A DNA stretch of 64,000 nt from Candidatus Cloacimonadales bacterium (GTDB lineage Bacteria; Cloacimonadota; Cloacimonadia; G963667145): assembly GCA_965140615.1 (NCBI GenBank), contig OZ223280.1:1075555-1139554 (forward strand). The letters run 5' to 3'. Positions 19,013 through 29,120 of the stretch are shown piece by piece; position 1 is the stretch's first letter, and the number at the start of each line of letters is the position of its first letter. The notes beneath the pieces were generated by a model that was not told the DNA's origin, did no database searches, and saw nothing but the letters and a program-made list of their open reading frames with translations. The position numbers were made by a program, and so were the translations under genes.

Positions 19013-19639
19013 CTAGGTGGTTTCATCTTTTTTTAACCATTTTACTAATGCATAGACCAGCGGAGTGTCGCAGAGAGCAAAAATTACCTTGAGAGCCAGA
19101 TAAGGCATAGACAGTTGCAACACGAACAGGGCGTCGAATTTTGGTGTCATTTTGTAGAGGAAGAGGAACATAAAGATGAATGTGTCCAAAGTTTGTGAGA
19201 TGATGGTAGAGACATTGTTGCGTAGCCAGAGGAGCTTGCCGTTGGTTCTTTTTTTTAGGTAGGAGAAGACGAACATATCGTTGAGCTGAGAGATGAAAAA
19301 GGCGGCAATGCTGGCAAAAATCATCCGCAGAGAGAAGCTGAAGATGGTGGTGTACTCGTGGTTGTAGGTGAACCTACTAGCGGGCTCCATCCAGATGGCT
19401 AGAGCCAAGAAGCCAAAAACTAAGACCAAGCTGAAGATAGCGGCAGTGATGAGGTTGAAGACGACATTTTTGCCGTAAACCTCTTCGATGGCATCGGTTA
19501 TCAAAAATAGAAAAGGTGCGATGAAGATGCTTATGGAAGTGCTGACACCAAAGATAGTTACAATCTTGATGCCGAGAAGGTTGGAAGCCGTGTACAAGGC
19601 GATGAAAACGGAAAAGAGTATGGTTAATTTTTTATTCAT
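19013..19639 (-). CDS. Queuosine-precursor transporter (YhhQ/DUF165, VUT family)
   Basis: Start at MNKKLTILF. The ITDAIEEVYGK motif and six hydrophobic segments are present. The track ORF to 19780 is an extension into moaA. Confidence 0.8.
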   Translation of the reverse strand: MNKKLTILFSVFIALYTASNLLGIKIVTIFGVSTSISIFIAPFLFLITDAIEEVYGKNVVFNLITAAIFSLVLVFGFLALAIWMEPASRFTYNHEYTTIFSFSLRMIFASIAAFFISQLNDMFVFSYLKKRTNGKLLWLRNNVSTIISQTLDTFIFMFLFLYKMTPKFDALFVLQLSMPYLALKVIFALCDTPLVYALVKWLKKDETT

Positions 19640-19644
19640 AAAGT

Positions 19645-20469
19645 TTACCCACCTATTTGGTTGATTTTGTAATTGGTGTTGCTTAGCCCCGACTTTGGTT
19701 TTATCTTCAGAGCTTTGTAGATAGCTTCTTGGATAGATTTTTCGCTCTTTATGTCTACGGCTTGGTCGGAGAAAAGGCAAGGCAGTATCTTGCCGTCGCA
19801 GGTGATGCGGAGTTTATTACACTTGTGGCATACGCCAGCGGTGGTGTCGGGCTCATCTGTGATGAGTGCCTCGAAAGAGCCGTTCTCGAGGTTCATCTCT
19901 TTGATAGTCCTGCCGATGATGTTGTTCTCTTGGCAAAAGTTATGCATGGCTTTCTGGTCTTCTGGTGAGTCGTTGAACCCCTTGATGAGGACGGTGTTAA
20001 TTTTGATTGGGCTAAAGCCTGCTTCTTGGGCAACTTTTATGCCCTCTAGCACTGAAGCGAGGTTGCCACGCCGTGTGATGTAGTGGAACTTCTCGGGGTT
20101 GAGGGTGTCTAGGGAGAAGTTGACTCTAGTTAGCCCAGCTAGCTTCAGCTCTTTGGCGTATTGTGCAAAAAGTGAGCCGTTGGTTGTTAGGCATAAATCT
20201 TGCACACCTTCTAGTTTACCGATTTTTTGCACTAACCACATAAAATTCTTTTTAACTAAAGGTTCGCCACCAGTGAGCCTGACTTTGGTTATCCCCAAGC
20301 GGACGCACTCTTTGACTATCTGGTACATCGCCTCCAAACTGAGGATGCTCTGGTGAGGGATGTCTGCCACGCCAGTTTCGTCTCGGCAGTAGCGACAGCA
20401 GAAGTTACATTTGTCCGTGAGCGATAGCCTGATGTAGTCTATTTTGCGACCATGAGCGTCTGTTAGCAT
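19645..20469 (-). CDS. moaA: GTP 3',8-cyclase MoaA (radical SAM)
   Basis: CNFCCRYC (CX3CX2C), a second cluster region CHKCNKLRITCDGKILPCLF, and a C-terminal ...IGG tail. Confidence 0.8.
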   Translation of the reverse strand: MLTDAHGRKIDYIRLSLTDKCNFCCRYCRDETGVADIPHQSILSLEAMYQIVKECVRLGITKVRLTGGEPLVKKNFMWLVQKIGKLEGVQDLCLTTNGSLFAQYAKELKLAGLTRVNFSLDTLNPEKFHYITRRGNLASVLEGIKVAQEAGFSPIKINTVLIKGFNDSPEDQKAMHNFCQENNIIGRTIKEMNLENGSFEALITDEPDTTAGVCHKCNKLRITCDGKILPCLFSDQAVDIKSEKSIQEAIYKALKIKPKSGLSNTNYKINQIGG

Positions 20470-20478
20470 CTGGTTTTG

Positions 20479-20943
20479 TTAGTTTTTAGCTTTGAAGTCG
20501 TCTAATACAGATTTAATAGATTCGGGTTTGAGATTGCCAAAAGTTTGGTCATCAATCATTAAAACTGGAGACAAAGAACAGCAACCCAAACAAGCTACGC
20601 CTTCTACGGAGTAGAATTTGTCTTTGGTAACCTCGTCCTCACCGATGCCAAGGTGTTCCAAAACAGCCGACTTGATAGCTTTAGCACCGTTCACATGGCA
20701 GGCTGTGCCTTCGCAGACCTTGATGATGTGCTTGCCTACAGGGCTTAATTTGAATTGAGCGTAAAATGTAGCAACGCCCATAATTTGTGTTGGAGGCAAC
20801 TTAGTAAATTCGGAAATTTTCTCGATAGTTTCGCGAGAGAGGTAAGAGTGTTGCTCTTGTGCGTATTGCAATATTTTGATTAGATTTGCTTGTTTGTTGT
20901 CGATAGAAGCGATTTTTTCTTCTAGTTTGGTGTATTTACCCAT
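20479..20943 (-). CDS. NuoE/HydC-like thioredoxin-fold [2Fe-2S] ferredoxin
   Basis: Start at MGKYTK, with AAGGAG upstream inside the prfA end. Cys motifs CEGTACHVNG and ACLGCCSLSP. Confidence 0.8.
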   Translation of the reverse strand: MGKYTKLEEKIASIDNKQANLIKILQYAQEQHSYLSRETIEKISEFTKLPPTQIMGVATFYAQFKLSPVGKHIIKVCEGTACHVNGAKAIKSAVLEHLGIGEDEVTKDKFYSVEGVACLGCCSLSPVLMIDDQTFGNLKPESIKSVLDDFKAKN

Positions 20944-20950
20944 TTTTGAT

Positions 20951-22015
20951 TTACTCCTTTCCTTTTTCTTCGTAAAAAGCGACTTGCAGAGATTTGGTAA
21001 TCTCCTCAATATCGCCACTCATAATGTTATCTAGTTTATATAAGGTCAAATTGATTCTATGGTCGGTTACCCGTCCTTGGGGGAAGTTGTAGGTACGAAT
21101 CTTGCCACTGCGATCGCCTGTACCGATTTGTGTTTTGCGAGTTTTGGCTATTTGTGCTTCTTGGGCAGCTATCTCTGTGTCTAATAGGCGAGAGAGTAGC
21201 ACTTTCATAGCTTTGTTTTTGTTTTTCAGCTGTGATTTCTCGTCTTGGCAGGTTACCACGGTGCCAGTAGGCAGGTGGGTGATGCGTACGGCAGAGTCTG
21301 TAGTGTTTACCGATTGTCCTCCGTTTCCGCTGGAGCGGTAAACATCTATCTTCAAATCTTTGGGGTCTATCTGCACATCCACTTCGTCCGCTTCGGGTAA
21401 TACAGCCACGGTAACGGCTGAGGTGTGTATTCTGCCGTTTGCTTCGGTAAGGGGGACTCTCTGTACTCTGTGTACGCCACTTTCAAACCGCATGGTGCCG
21501 TATGCGTTCTCGCCACTTAGTGAAAAGATAATCTCCTTAAATCCGCCCTTTTCGCTGGGGTTAGAGCTGATAATTTGCTTTTTCCACTTGTTTTGCTCGG
21601 CAAAGTAGGTGTACATCCTGTAGAGGTCAGCGACGAACAGTCCCGACTCGTTGCCACCAGTGCCCGCTCTTATCTCTACTATGCAGTCTCTTTTGTCGTT
21701 TGGGTCTTTGGGGATGAGCATCTTCTTTAGAGCGTCTGTTTTGCTATCCAAATTTGTTTCTAAGCTGGCGATTTCATCTTTGGCTAGCTCCAGCATTTCT
21801 TTGTCTGTCTCCGACTCTAGTAGCTCCTTGGCTTCTTTTAGCTGAAGCTCCAGCTCTTGCACACCACCTGCGAGGTTTAAGATTTTTTCCAGTTCGTTGA
21901 AACGGGAGCTTAGTTTACTATACGCTCTTTGGTCACTCATATATTTGGGGTCTGCGACTTTGATTGACAAATCTTGGTGCTCAGATTTTAATCTTTCTAT
22001 TTTTTGGCTGAACAT
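20951..22015 (-). CDS. prfA: Peptide chain release factor 1
   Basis: [20 protein letters not shown] and [17 protein letters not shown] (RF1-type P-x-T). Confidence 0.95.
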   Translation of the reverse strand: MFSQKIERLKSEHQDLSIKVADPKYMSDQRAYSKLSSRFNELEKILNLAGGVQELELQLKEAKELLESETDKEMLELAKDEIASLETNLDSKTDALKKMLIPKDPNDKRDCIVEIRAGTGGNESGLFVADLYRMYTYFAEQNKWKKQIISSNPSEKGGFKEIIFSLSGENAYGTMRFESGVHRVQRVPLTEANGRIHTSAVTVAVLPEADEVDVQIDPKDLKIDVYRSSGNGGQSVNTTDSAVRITHLPTGTVVTCQDEKSQLKNKNKAMKVLLSRLLDTEIAAQEAQIAKTRKTQIGTGDRSGKIRTYNFPQGRVTDHRINLTLYKLDNIMSGDIEEITKSLQVAFYEEKGKE

Positions 22016-22953
22016 TAAATTTCTATCCTTCTTATTGCTTGATCTATTGGTTGATCTAGTACCGCTTTTAGGGCGACCACTGCTACAGCTATTTGCTCTA
22101 GAGTGGGTTCTTTAGTGGTAATTTTTTGCAAAAGCAATCCAGGACTGATAAAAAATGTAATAAGTTTGTTGTCTATATGTTTGTCGCTAAATTTCAAAAT
22201 TTCGTAGGAGATACCGGCTATTAAGGGTATGCACAATAGGTGATAAGCTATTCTCACTAGCAGATCTGGTCTGCCGTAGTGGATGTTGACCAAGCTATCT
22301 AAGATGGAGAAAAGGAAGATAGAGATGAGCAGTACCAAGAAGATGAAGCTCGTGCCACAACGAGGGTTGATGCGAGAGGCTTGACTGATGGTGGCAGGAG
22401 TTAGCTCTAGTTTTTTTTCGTAGGTGTTGATAGTTTTGTGCTCCGCTCCGTGGAACTGGAAAAGCTCTTTGACATCTTTTAGCAAGCCGATACTTAGTAG
22501 ATAACTCAAGAAAACTACAATTCGCAAGAGTCCAGCGGCGAGATTGAACCATACATCGTCTTGGCTTTGCGGGATTTGCTCTGCCAAAAAGTATGGCAAG
22601 CCTACGAAAAGACCAACACCTAGCACTAGAGAAAAAAGAAAGGTTAGTCCGTTTTCTAGTTTTTCGCGGAAAGCTGATTTTGCTTTTTGCTTTTTTTCAT
22701 CGAGCATTGCCCTATCGGCAGAGTATTGTAGCACACTGTATCCGATTTTCATCATCTGCAAAAGGTTCACAAAGCCCCTGATAATAGGAAGATTGAAGAG
22801 CTTGCTTTTTTGGGATAAGCTGGCAAACGGCTTTTTTTGAAGCTCGATAGTGTTGTCATTGCGGATAGTAGCGGTGGCTATAGATTCTCCAGAGAGCATC
22901 ATCACGCCTTTGATAACCGCTTGTCCACCAGCTTTGTTTAGTTTTTTTTTCAT
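22015..22953 (-). CDS. DUF1385 (YqhQ-like) membrane protein
   Basis: [10 protein letters not shown] motif. It holds the usual position upstream of prfA, with a TAATG one-nt overlap. Confidence 0.8.
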   Translation of the reverse strand: MKKKLNKAGGQAVIKGVMMLSGESIATATIRNDNTIELQKKPFASLSQKSKLFNLPIIRGFVNLLQMMKIGYSVLQYSADRAMLDEKKQKAKSAFREKLENGLTFLFSLVLGVGLFVGLPYFLAEQIPQSQDDVWFNLAAGLLRIVVFLSYLLSIGLLKDVKELFQFHGAEHKTINTYEKKLELTPATISQASRINPRCGTSFIFLVLLISIFLFSILDSLVNIHYGRPDLLVRIAYHLLCIPLIAGISYEILKFSDKHIDNKLITFFISPGLLLQKITTKEPTLEQIAVAVVALKAVLDQPIDQAIRRIEI

Positions 22954-22954
22954 A

Positions 22955-22984
22955 TAAAAAAATAGACCTTATTATCTAAGGTCT
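22955..22984 (-). terminator. Intrinsic terminator after rpmE
   Basis: agacctta (22964-22971) pairs with taaggtct (22977-22984). On the minus strand it is followed by ATTTTTTT. Confidence 0.6.
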
Positions 22985-23005
22985 TTAGATTAGATTGCTC
23001 TACTC

Positions 23006-23215
23006 TTAATTTGCTTTGTATTTTTTCTTGAATCTTTCTACTCTACCAGCAGAGTCGACGATTTTTTGCTTACCAGTGTAAAAAGGATGGCAGTTTGAAC
23101 AAATCTCTACGGTCAAAGTTTTGTTCTCGCATTTGCAACTCTTCGTTGAGAAGACATTGCCACAAGCACATTTAACTTCTACGGTGTCGTATTTTGGATG
23201 AATATCTTTTTGCAT
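23006..23215 (-). CDS. rpmE: 50S ribosomal protein L31
   Basis: MQKDIHPKY... CACGN ... [13 protein letters not shown]. Confidence 0.95.
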   Translation of the reverse strand: MQKDIHPKYDTVEVKCACGNVFSTKSCKCENKTLTVEICSNCHPFYTGKQKIVDSAGRVERFKKKYKAN

Positions 23216-23315
23216 TGTAAAACTCCTTATAAAACTATATTAACACAAAATTTGATTTGCCGTTCATTTGTCAATAAAAACATAGTGGGTTGTGGAGGAT
23301 GAAATTTAATATGTT

Positions 23316-23564
23316 TTAGCCACATAAAATATAATCATCCAAAATGTCTTCTAAAATAGCTTCATCTTCTTTCATGACAAGTCTACTTTTTATCTTTTTA
23401 ACCCAAGAGATTATCTCTTGCTTTGAGTTTAGTTGCTTTAGAAAAATATAGTCGTGGTTAATACCAGCAATTTCAATATTTGCATTAAAGCTGTCGGCAT
23501 AAGAAATTTGGTTTTCAGAGACAATAGAAGTAAAGATTTCTATTTTTTTTTTAAAACTTAGCAT
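23316..23564 (-). CDS. Hypothetical 82-aa protein with an acidic C-terminus, translationally coupled to the upstream nuclease-like gene
   Basis: 7-nt overlap with the stop of the 255-aa ORF. It shares that ORF's extreme AT-richness. No family recognised. Confidence 0.5.
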   Translation of the reverse strand: MLSFKKKIEIFTSIVSENQISYADSFNANIEIAGINHDYIFLKQLNSKQEIISWVKKIKSRLVMKEDEAILEDILDDYILCG

Positions 23565-24325
23565 ATTGGTTGAGCTAATTGATATTCTTTTATAGCTTTT
23601 GGATGTATTATTTTTTCTTCAAAAATCAGATTTTTAGTTGGATTTTCTATGGTTAAAATTCGAGGAATGTCATTAAGGTTTAAAATTAGAGTAATGATAT
23701 AGTCATTTTTATATTCCAATGCTTTTTTATATTCATTTTCAGTTAATCTGAATTTTCCTTTCTTTTCTCTTATACCTTTTACTTCTGCCAAAAAAAAATT
23801 ACTTTTTACATCTATTTGAAAGTCGTAACCATCTCCATATAGTCTTGCATCTTCTAGTAATCCATTTTTGAAAATATCAATTGTATTATAGTTGTTAATA
23901 AAAAACAATTCTGCTTCCAAACCGGTTTCTTGTAATTTTTTAAATTTTGTTTTAGAAATTGGTTTTGCTTTACTTTTTATTTTAGAAAAATTAAAATGAT
24001 TTTCCATATATAATTTAATAGTATTAGCATATTCTTGTACAGTTTCATTTCCAAATAAACTGTCTATAAGAATTTTCCTATGAATATAAGTATTTTCCTT
24101 TTGCCACCAGCCTTTTCTACCATTTTCTGGGAAAAAAGGGTCAAATAAATCCATTCTATTTTTTACAGTACCAGTTGTTTTAGCAATTCCATTGCTTATA
24201 CAGAAATTATAGAAATCTTGTTTTTTGGAAAATCCAAATTCTTCGATAAAAGCGTTGTTAAATTTAGACATCCCATAACCTATTAAGTTTAAAATTTCAT
24301 AATTTTTATGTCGATTTTCATTCAT
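23558..24325 (-). CDS. Protein with a C-terminal DUF3883-like (PD-(D/E)xK restriction-endonuclease fold) domain and an unrecognised N-terminal domain
   Basis: The C-terminal GDGYDFQIDV...LAEVKGIREKKGKFRLTENEYKKALEYKNDYIITLI fits the G-x-D ... E-V-K ... l-t-x-n-E pattern I recall for DUF3883. Confidence 0.6.
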   Translation of the reverse strand: MNENRHKNYEILNLIGYGMSKFNNAFIEEFGFSKKQDFYNFCISNGIAKTTGTVKNRMDLFDPFFPENGRKGWWQKENTYIHRKILIDSLFGNETVQEYANTIKLYMENHFNFSKIKSKAKPISKTKFKKLQETGLEAELFFINNYNTIDIFKNGLLEDARLYGDGYDFQIDVKSNFFLAEVKGIREKKGKFRLTENEYKKALEYKNDYIITLILNLNDIPRILTIENPTKNLIFEEKIIHPKAIKEYQLAQPIC

Positions 24326-24621
24326 AATCTTAATTTATCTCTGTTTATAGTAGGATATATTTTTGACTTCTTTCCACATTTCCTCAGTCAATCTATTTGT
24401 CAAGCTCAAAGAATGCAGGGACGCCTTGCCTGAAACCCTCGTATCAAACTGTAAACCGATGCAGGTTATTTTGGCGTAATGTTTTTATTGTGAAAGGTTG
24501 CCTTATTGTAGAAGCAAATATCCAAAGGGATAGAAGCGAGTAAAGAGTAATAAATTGGTTGACATATATTAACCAATGCCAAAGATTGAAGCAAATCCTT
24601 ATTGTTTAGGAGGAGAAAAGT

Positions 24622-25695
24622 ATGGGTAAGAAGGCTCTTGTCATAAATCCCGGATCGACTTCCACCAAGATAGCTATCTACGACGAAAGCGGAAAGATTT
24701 TTGAAAGTATTATTCGTCATAAGAGTAGTGAGCTAGCTAGGTTTACTAGTGTAATGCAAGAGGGTGAGTTCCGCAAAGAGTTGATACTGAAAACGGTGCA
24801 AAAAGCGGGTATGGAGATGAAGCAGATGTCAGTGGTGGTGGGGCGTGGCGGTTTGGTGAGGGCAGTGGAAGGTGGAGTGTATCGAGTTAACCAAAAGATG
24901 CTGGACAACTTAGCTGATGAGAAGCTCTGGGGAAGAATACACGCCTCTAATTTGGGAGCTTCGCTAGCGAAATCTTTGGCGGATACGGTGAATATTCCTA
25001 GTTACATAGCTGATCCTGTTACTGTGGACGAGATGAGCGATATTGCCAAAGTGTCTGGTGTGCCAGAGATTAGTAGGCGGTCGATGTTCCACGCTTTGAA
25101 TATTCGTGCTTGTGTGAGGAAGGCGGCACAAGATATGGGTAAGTTGATGCAGGAGTGTAACTTTGTGGCTATTCATATGGGTGGAGGTGTCTCGGTGGTA
25201 GCTGTGAAAGAAGGTCGGTGTGTGGATGTGAACAATGGCTTGCTGGGGATGGGACCTTTTTCTCCGCAAAGAGCAGGAGCATTGCCGATAGGTGATTTGT
25301 TGGATATGGCTTACTCTGGGAAATACACTTTACAGAAATTAAAGCAGAAGCTGACTGCCAATAGCGGACTTATAGGTTATCTAGGGACTGCTGATGGGCA
25401 AGAGATAGTTAAGAGGATTGAGAATGGAGATAAGCGAGCAGAGTTTATTTTGCGTGCGTTTGCTTATCAGATAGCTAAAGAGGCGGGAGCTGCTGCGGCT
25501 GTGCTAAAGGGCAAGGTTGATGGTGTGATTTACACGGGTGGTTTGGCGTATTCATTTTTGGTGCTGAGTTACTTGCAAGAATATCTTAGCTTTTTGGGTA
25601 AGCAGATAGAACTTCCCGGAGAGATGGAGATGCAGGCTTTGGCGTCTGCTGGATTGCGTGTGGTAAATGGCGAAGAAGAGGCGAAAGAGTATTAG
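24622..25695 (+). CDS. buk: Butyrate kinase
   Basis: ALVINPGSTSTKIAIYDE N-terminus (ASKHA fold). 357 aa. AGGAGG precedes the start. Confidence 0.88.
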   Translation: MGKKALVINPGSTSTKIAIYDESGKIFESIIRHKSSELARFTSVMQEGEFRKELILKTVQKAGMEMKQMSVVVGRGGLVRAVEGGVYRVNQKMLDNLADEKLWGRIHASNLGASLAKSLADTVNIPSYIADPVTVDEMSDIAKVSGVPEISRRSMFHALNIRACVRKAAQDMGKLMQECNFVAIHMGGGVSVVAVKEGRCVDVNNGLLGMGPFSPQRAGALPIGDLLDMAYSGKYTLQKLKQKLTANSGLIGYLGTADGQEIVKRIENGDKRAEFILRAFAYQIAKEAGAAAAVLKGKVDGVIYTGGLAYSFLVLSYLQEYLSFLGKQIELPGEMEMQALASAGLRVVNGEEEAKEY

Positions 25696-25712
25696 CTAGG
25701 CATTGCTAGTGA

Positions 25713-25750
25713 TAAAAAAAATCCCCGAAAGATTTCGAGGGATTTTTTGT
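25713..25750. terminator. Bidirectional terminator between the convergent buk and ilvB genes
   Basis: An A8 run, then the stem atccccgaaa / tttcg(a)gggat with one bulge, then a T6 run. Confidence 0.65.
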
Positions 25751-25762
25751 TTTGTTTTGAGT

Positions 25763-27424
25763 TTATTTAATCATCGCTTTTTCTATGGCTTTGCCCGGAG
25801 GCACCATGGGGTATACGCATTCGTCGATGTCGATTTTGCAGTGCAAAAGGGCAGCTTTGGGGCAAGAGAGAAACTTTTGCATTGTGTTTTCCAGCTTGTT
25901 ACTATCCTCCAGGAGGAAGTAGTCCAAATCGTAGGCGTTAGCGAGTTTGTCCCAATGTGGACCTCTATCCAGCGTGGTGGCAGAGTAACGATTATCGAAG
26001 AACAACGATTGCCATTGTCGCACCATTCCCAGTGTGCCGTTGTCTAGTAGCAAAATCTTGATGGGTAGGTTGTAGGCGGTAACGGTGGAAAGTTCGTGCA
26101 GGTTCATTCGAAAAGAGCCATCGCCTGTTACTAAGATTACTGGTGTATCGGGGAAAGCTATTTGCGAGCCGATAGCTGCTCCTAGTCCAAATCCCATAGT
26201 GCCTAACCCACCAGAAGTAATGAATTTTCGGGGTGCAGAAAAGCGGAAATATTGGGCTGTCCAGAGTTGATGTTGCCCTACATCTGTGGTAACGATGCTC
26301 TCTCGTGGTGTTAACTCACTCATTTTGTTTATGATAGCTTGAGGTGCAAGTTTTTTGCCAACTGGTTGTAGGGTGATGTCGTACTTCTCTTTGAGTGCTA
26401 AGATAGTTTGGTTCCATTGATTGTTTTCTTTGGGCTGTACCATCTTTGTTAGCTGTTCCAATATTTTTCCAGCATCTCCGACTAAGTTCGTGGTGCAGAG
26501 GATGTTTTTATCGATTTCTGATTCGTCTATGTCGATATGGACGATTTGCGTGTCTTTTAGGAAAGTATCAGGATTGCTGGTTACACGGTCGCTAAATCTG
26601 GCACCAACTGCGATAACAAGGTCGCTTTGTTGGATAGCAACATTGGTGAATTTGGTGCCGTGCATTCCCACAAGTCCTGTGTAGTATGGATAGTCGGGAT
26701 CTATAGAGCCGAGTCCCATCAAGCTAGAGGTAGCAGGGCAGTTTATCTTTTTCACAAATTCGTTTAATGCTTTGGACGCTCTGGGGTTGTTCACTCCGCC
26801 ACCGAAATAGATGTAAGGTTTTTGGCTTTTATTTATTACCTTTGCGACCTTTTCTAGTTGGGCTTTTTGGGGAAGAGGGGTTTGGTTGGTCTCGATTTTG
26901 GGCGATTTGTACTCCACCTCTTGCAAAGCAACATTTTTGGGGATGTCGATTAGCACTGCTCCTTTGCGTCCTGAGCTTGCTATCTGGAAAGCTTCTTTTA
27001 CGATTTTGGCGAGATTTTTTGCATCTTTCACGAAGTAGTTGTATTTGGTAATGCCGATGGTGATGCCCACGATGTCCACCTCTTGGAAGCTGTCTTTGCC
27101 GATGAGTGAGAGTGGAACATTGCTGGTGATGGCTACTAAAGGGCTGGAGTCGATATGGGCGGTAGCTATGCCTGTAACTAGGTTAGTAGAGCCCGGACCC
27201 GAGGTGGCCAGACATACCCCAACTTTTCCTGTGGTGCGTGCGTATGCGTCGGCAGCGTGTGCAGCGTTTTGTTCGTGAGAGGGGAGTATATTGGTAATTT
27301 TGTCTTGGTTTTTGTATAGTTCGTCGTACAAAGGTAACGCCGTGCCACCCGGATAGCCGAAAACTGTGTCTACACCTTCTTCTATCAAGGTTTTTATTAC
27401 TATTTGTGCTCCTGTCAATTTCAT
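25763..27424 (-). CDS. ilvB: Acetolactate synthase large subunit
   Basis: GYPGGTALPLYDEL, the ThDP motif GGLGTMGFGLGAAIG...GDGSF. 553 aa. Confidence 0.93.
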   Translation of the reverse strand: MKLTGAQIVIKTLIEEGVDTVFGYPGGTALPLYDELYKNQDKITNILPSHEQNAAHAADAYARTTGKVGVCLATSGPGSTNLVTGIATAHIDSSPLVAITSNVPLSLIGKDSFQEVDIVGITIGITKYNYFVKDAKNLAKIVKEAFQIASSGRKGAVLIDIPKNVALQEVEYKSPKIETNQTPLPQKAQLEKVAKVINKSQKPYIYFGGGVNNPRASKALNEFVKKINCPATSSLMGLGSIDPDYPYYTGLVGMHGTKFTNVAIQQSDLVIAVGARFSDRVTSNPDTFLKDTQIVHIDIDESEIDKNILCTTNLVGDAGKILEQLTKMVQPKENNQWNQTILALKEKYDITLQPVGKKLAPQAIINKMSELTPRESIVTTDVGQHQLWTAQYFRFSAPRKFITSGGLGTMGFGLGAAIGSQIAFPDTPVILVTGDGSFRMNLHELSTVTAYNLPIKILLLDNGTLGMVRQWQSLFFDNRYSATTLDRGPHWDKLANAYDLDYFLLEDSNKLENTMQKFLSCPKAALLHCKIDIDECVYPMVPPGKAIEKAMIK

Positions 27425-27444
27425 AAGCTCCTCTTTTGCAAATT

Positions 27445-29103
27445 TTAACTTTTTAATACCGCTCCGGTATCGGCTGATTGTACCATTTTAGCATAGCGTG
27501 CTAAATAGCCTGTTTTTATCTTAGGCTCTTTTAGGGTAGTCTCTTTTTTTCGTTTGGCTATTTCTGAGGCATCCACTAGTATGTCCAAACTCCCTTTGTT
27601 TAGGTCGATTTTTACTAAGTCGCCTTCTTTTAGGTAAGCTATGGGTCCTCCTGAGGCTGCCTCTGGCGAGATATGCCCGATGGCTAGTCCTCTGGTGGCT
27701 CCCGAGAACCTGCCGTCTGTCAGCAGAGCAACATCTTTGTCTAGTCCCATGCCAGCTAGGAGCGAGGTGGGAGATAGCATCTCACGCATTCCCGGTCCAC
27801 CTCTTGGTCCTTCGTAAGCTATGGCGATGACATCGCCTTTGTTAATCTTGCCAGCGATGATGGCTTGCACACAATCTTGCTCGCTGTGGAATACTCTAGC
27901 TTTGCCTGTGAACTCGAAGATGGAGCTGTCAACGGCAGATTTTTTTATGACAGCACCGTCGGGGGCTAATGAGCCTTTGAGGATTAAGAGTCCACCTTGC
28001 TCGGAGTGTGGGTCTTGGCAGGGGCGGATGGTGGAGGTATCGTGGTTGTGGGCGTGTAGTATCCTTGCTTGGACGCTATCTAGCACGGTGAGCAGTTGAG
28101 TGTGCAAGAGCCCCTTTTTGGCTAGCTCTGCCATTACAGCACCTATACCGCCTGCTCGCTCGAGGTCTTCGATGTGTTTATCGCCAGATGGCGAGAGTTT
28201 GCACAGGTTGGGCGTTCTGGCACTTATTTGGTTGATTTTGTCTAAGGATATGCTCACGCCAGCCTCTTTGGCGATGGCAGGCAGGTGGAGGATGGAGTTG
28301 GTGCTGCATCCTAGTGCCATATCTACGGCTAAAGCGTTTTCAAAGGCGAGTTCGCTCATTATGTCTTTGGGCAAGATGTTGTGCTCTAAAAGGTGCATAA
28401 TGCGGTAGCCTGTTTCTTTTGCTAGGCGGACTCTTTTGCTGTACACAGCTGGCACGGTGGCAGCTCCGGGCAATGACATCCCGATGGCTTCTGTTAGGCA
28501 GTTCATCGAGTTGGCGGTGAACATCCCAGAGCAAGATCCACAAGTCGGGCAACTTTCTTCTTCGTACTCTTTGAGTTTGGTTTCGTTTATTTTTTTGGAA
28601 TTAAAAAGACCGACAGCCTCGAAAGTGGAGGCAAGACTTACCGCTTTGTTATCGATTTTACCAGCGAGCATTGGTCCGCCCGAGATGAAAATAGCTGGTA
28701 CATTTATTCTAGCTGCTGCCATGAGCATTCCGGGGACGATTTTATCACAATTGGGAATGAACACCAGAGCGTCGAAGCTGTGGGCTTTTGCCATTATCTC
28801 TACGGAGTCGGCGATAATCTCGCGGGAGACTAGCGAGTAGTGCATGCCTTGGTGTCCCATAGCGATACCGTCGCACACACCGATGGTGTTGAACTCGATA
28901 GGTGTACCACCAGCGGCTAGTACTCCTGATTTGACAGCGGAAGCTATTTTGTCTAGCTCTGTGTGTCCGGGTACTATTTCGTTTTTGGAATTTACTATAC
29001 CGATTAGCGGTTTTGCTATCTCTCTATCTGTGTAACCACAGGCTTTCATCAAACTTCTGTGCGGAGTTTTATCGCTACCTTTTTTTACTACATCGCTTTT
29101 CAT
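27445..29103 (-). CDS. ilvD: Dihydroxy-acid dehydratase
   Basis: Start at MKSDVVKKG. Motifs [12 protein letters not shown] and [11 protein letters not shown]. The track ORF to 29214 is an extension into leuB. Confidence 0.93.
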   Translation of the reverse strand: MKSDVVKKGSDKTPHRSLMKACGYTDREIAKPLIGIVNSKNEIVPGHTELDKIASAVKSGVLAAGGTPIEFNTIGVCDGIAMGHQGMHYSLVSREIIADSVEIMAKAHSFDALVFIPNCDKIVPGMLMAAARINVPAIFISGGPMLAGKIDNKAVSLASTFEAVGLFNSKKINETKLKEYEEESCPTCGSCSGMFTANSMNCLTEAIGMSLPGAATVPAVYSKRVRLAKETGYRIMHLLEHNILPKDIMSELAFENALAVDMALGCSTNSILHLPAIAKEAGVSISLDKINQISARTPNLCKLSPSGDKHIEDLERAGGIGAVMAELAKKGLLHTQLLTVLDSVQARILHAHNHDTSTIRPCQDPHSEQGGLLILKGSLAPDGAVIKKSAVDSSIFEFTGKARVFHSEQDCVQAIIAGKINKGDVIAIAYEGPRGGPGMREMLSPTSLLAGMGLDKDVALLTDGRFSGATRGLAIGHISPEAASGGPIAYLKEGDLVKIDLNKGSLDILVDASEIAKRKKETTLKEPKIKTGYLARYAKMVQSADTGAVLKS

Positions 29104-29120
29104 TGTCTTTACCTTTGTCT

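Noticed and set aside
24466-24720. An 84-aa minus-strand ORF overlapping the buk start
   Set aside because: It overlaps the well-supported buk N-terminus and its AGGAGG RBS region on the opposite strand, and no motif is recognised.
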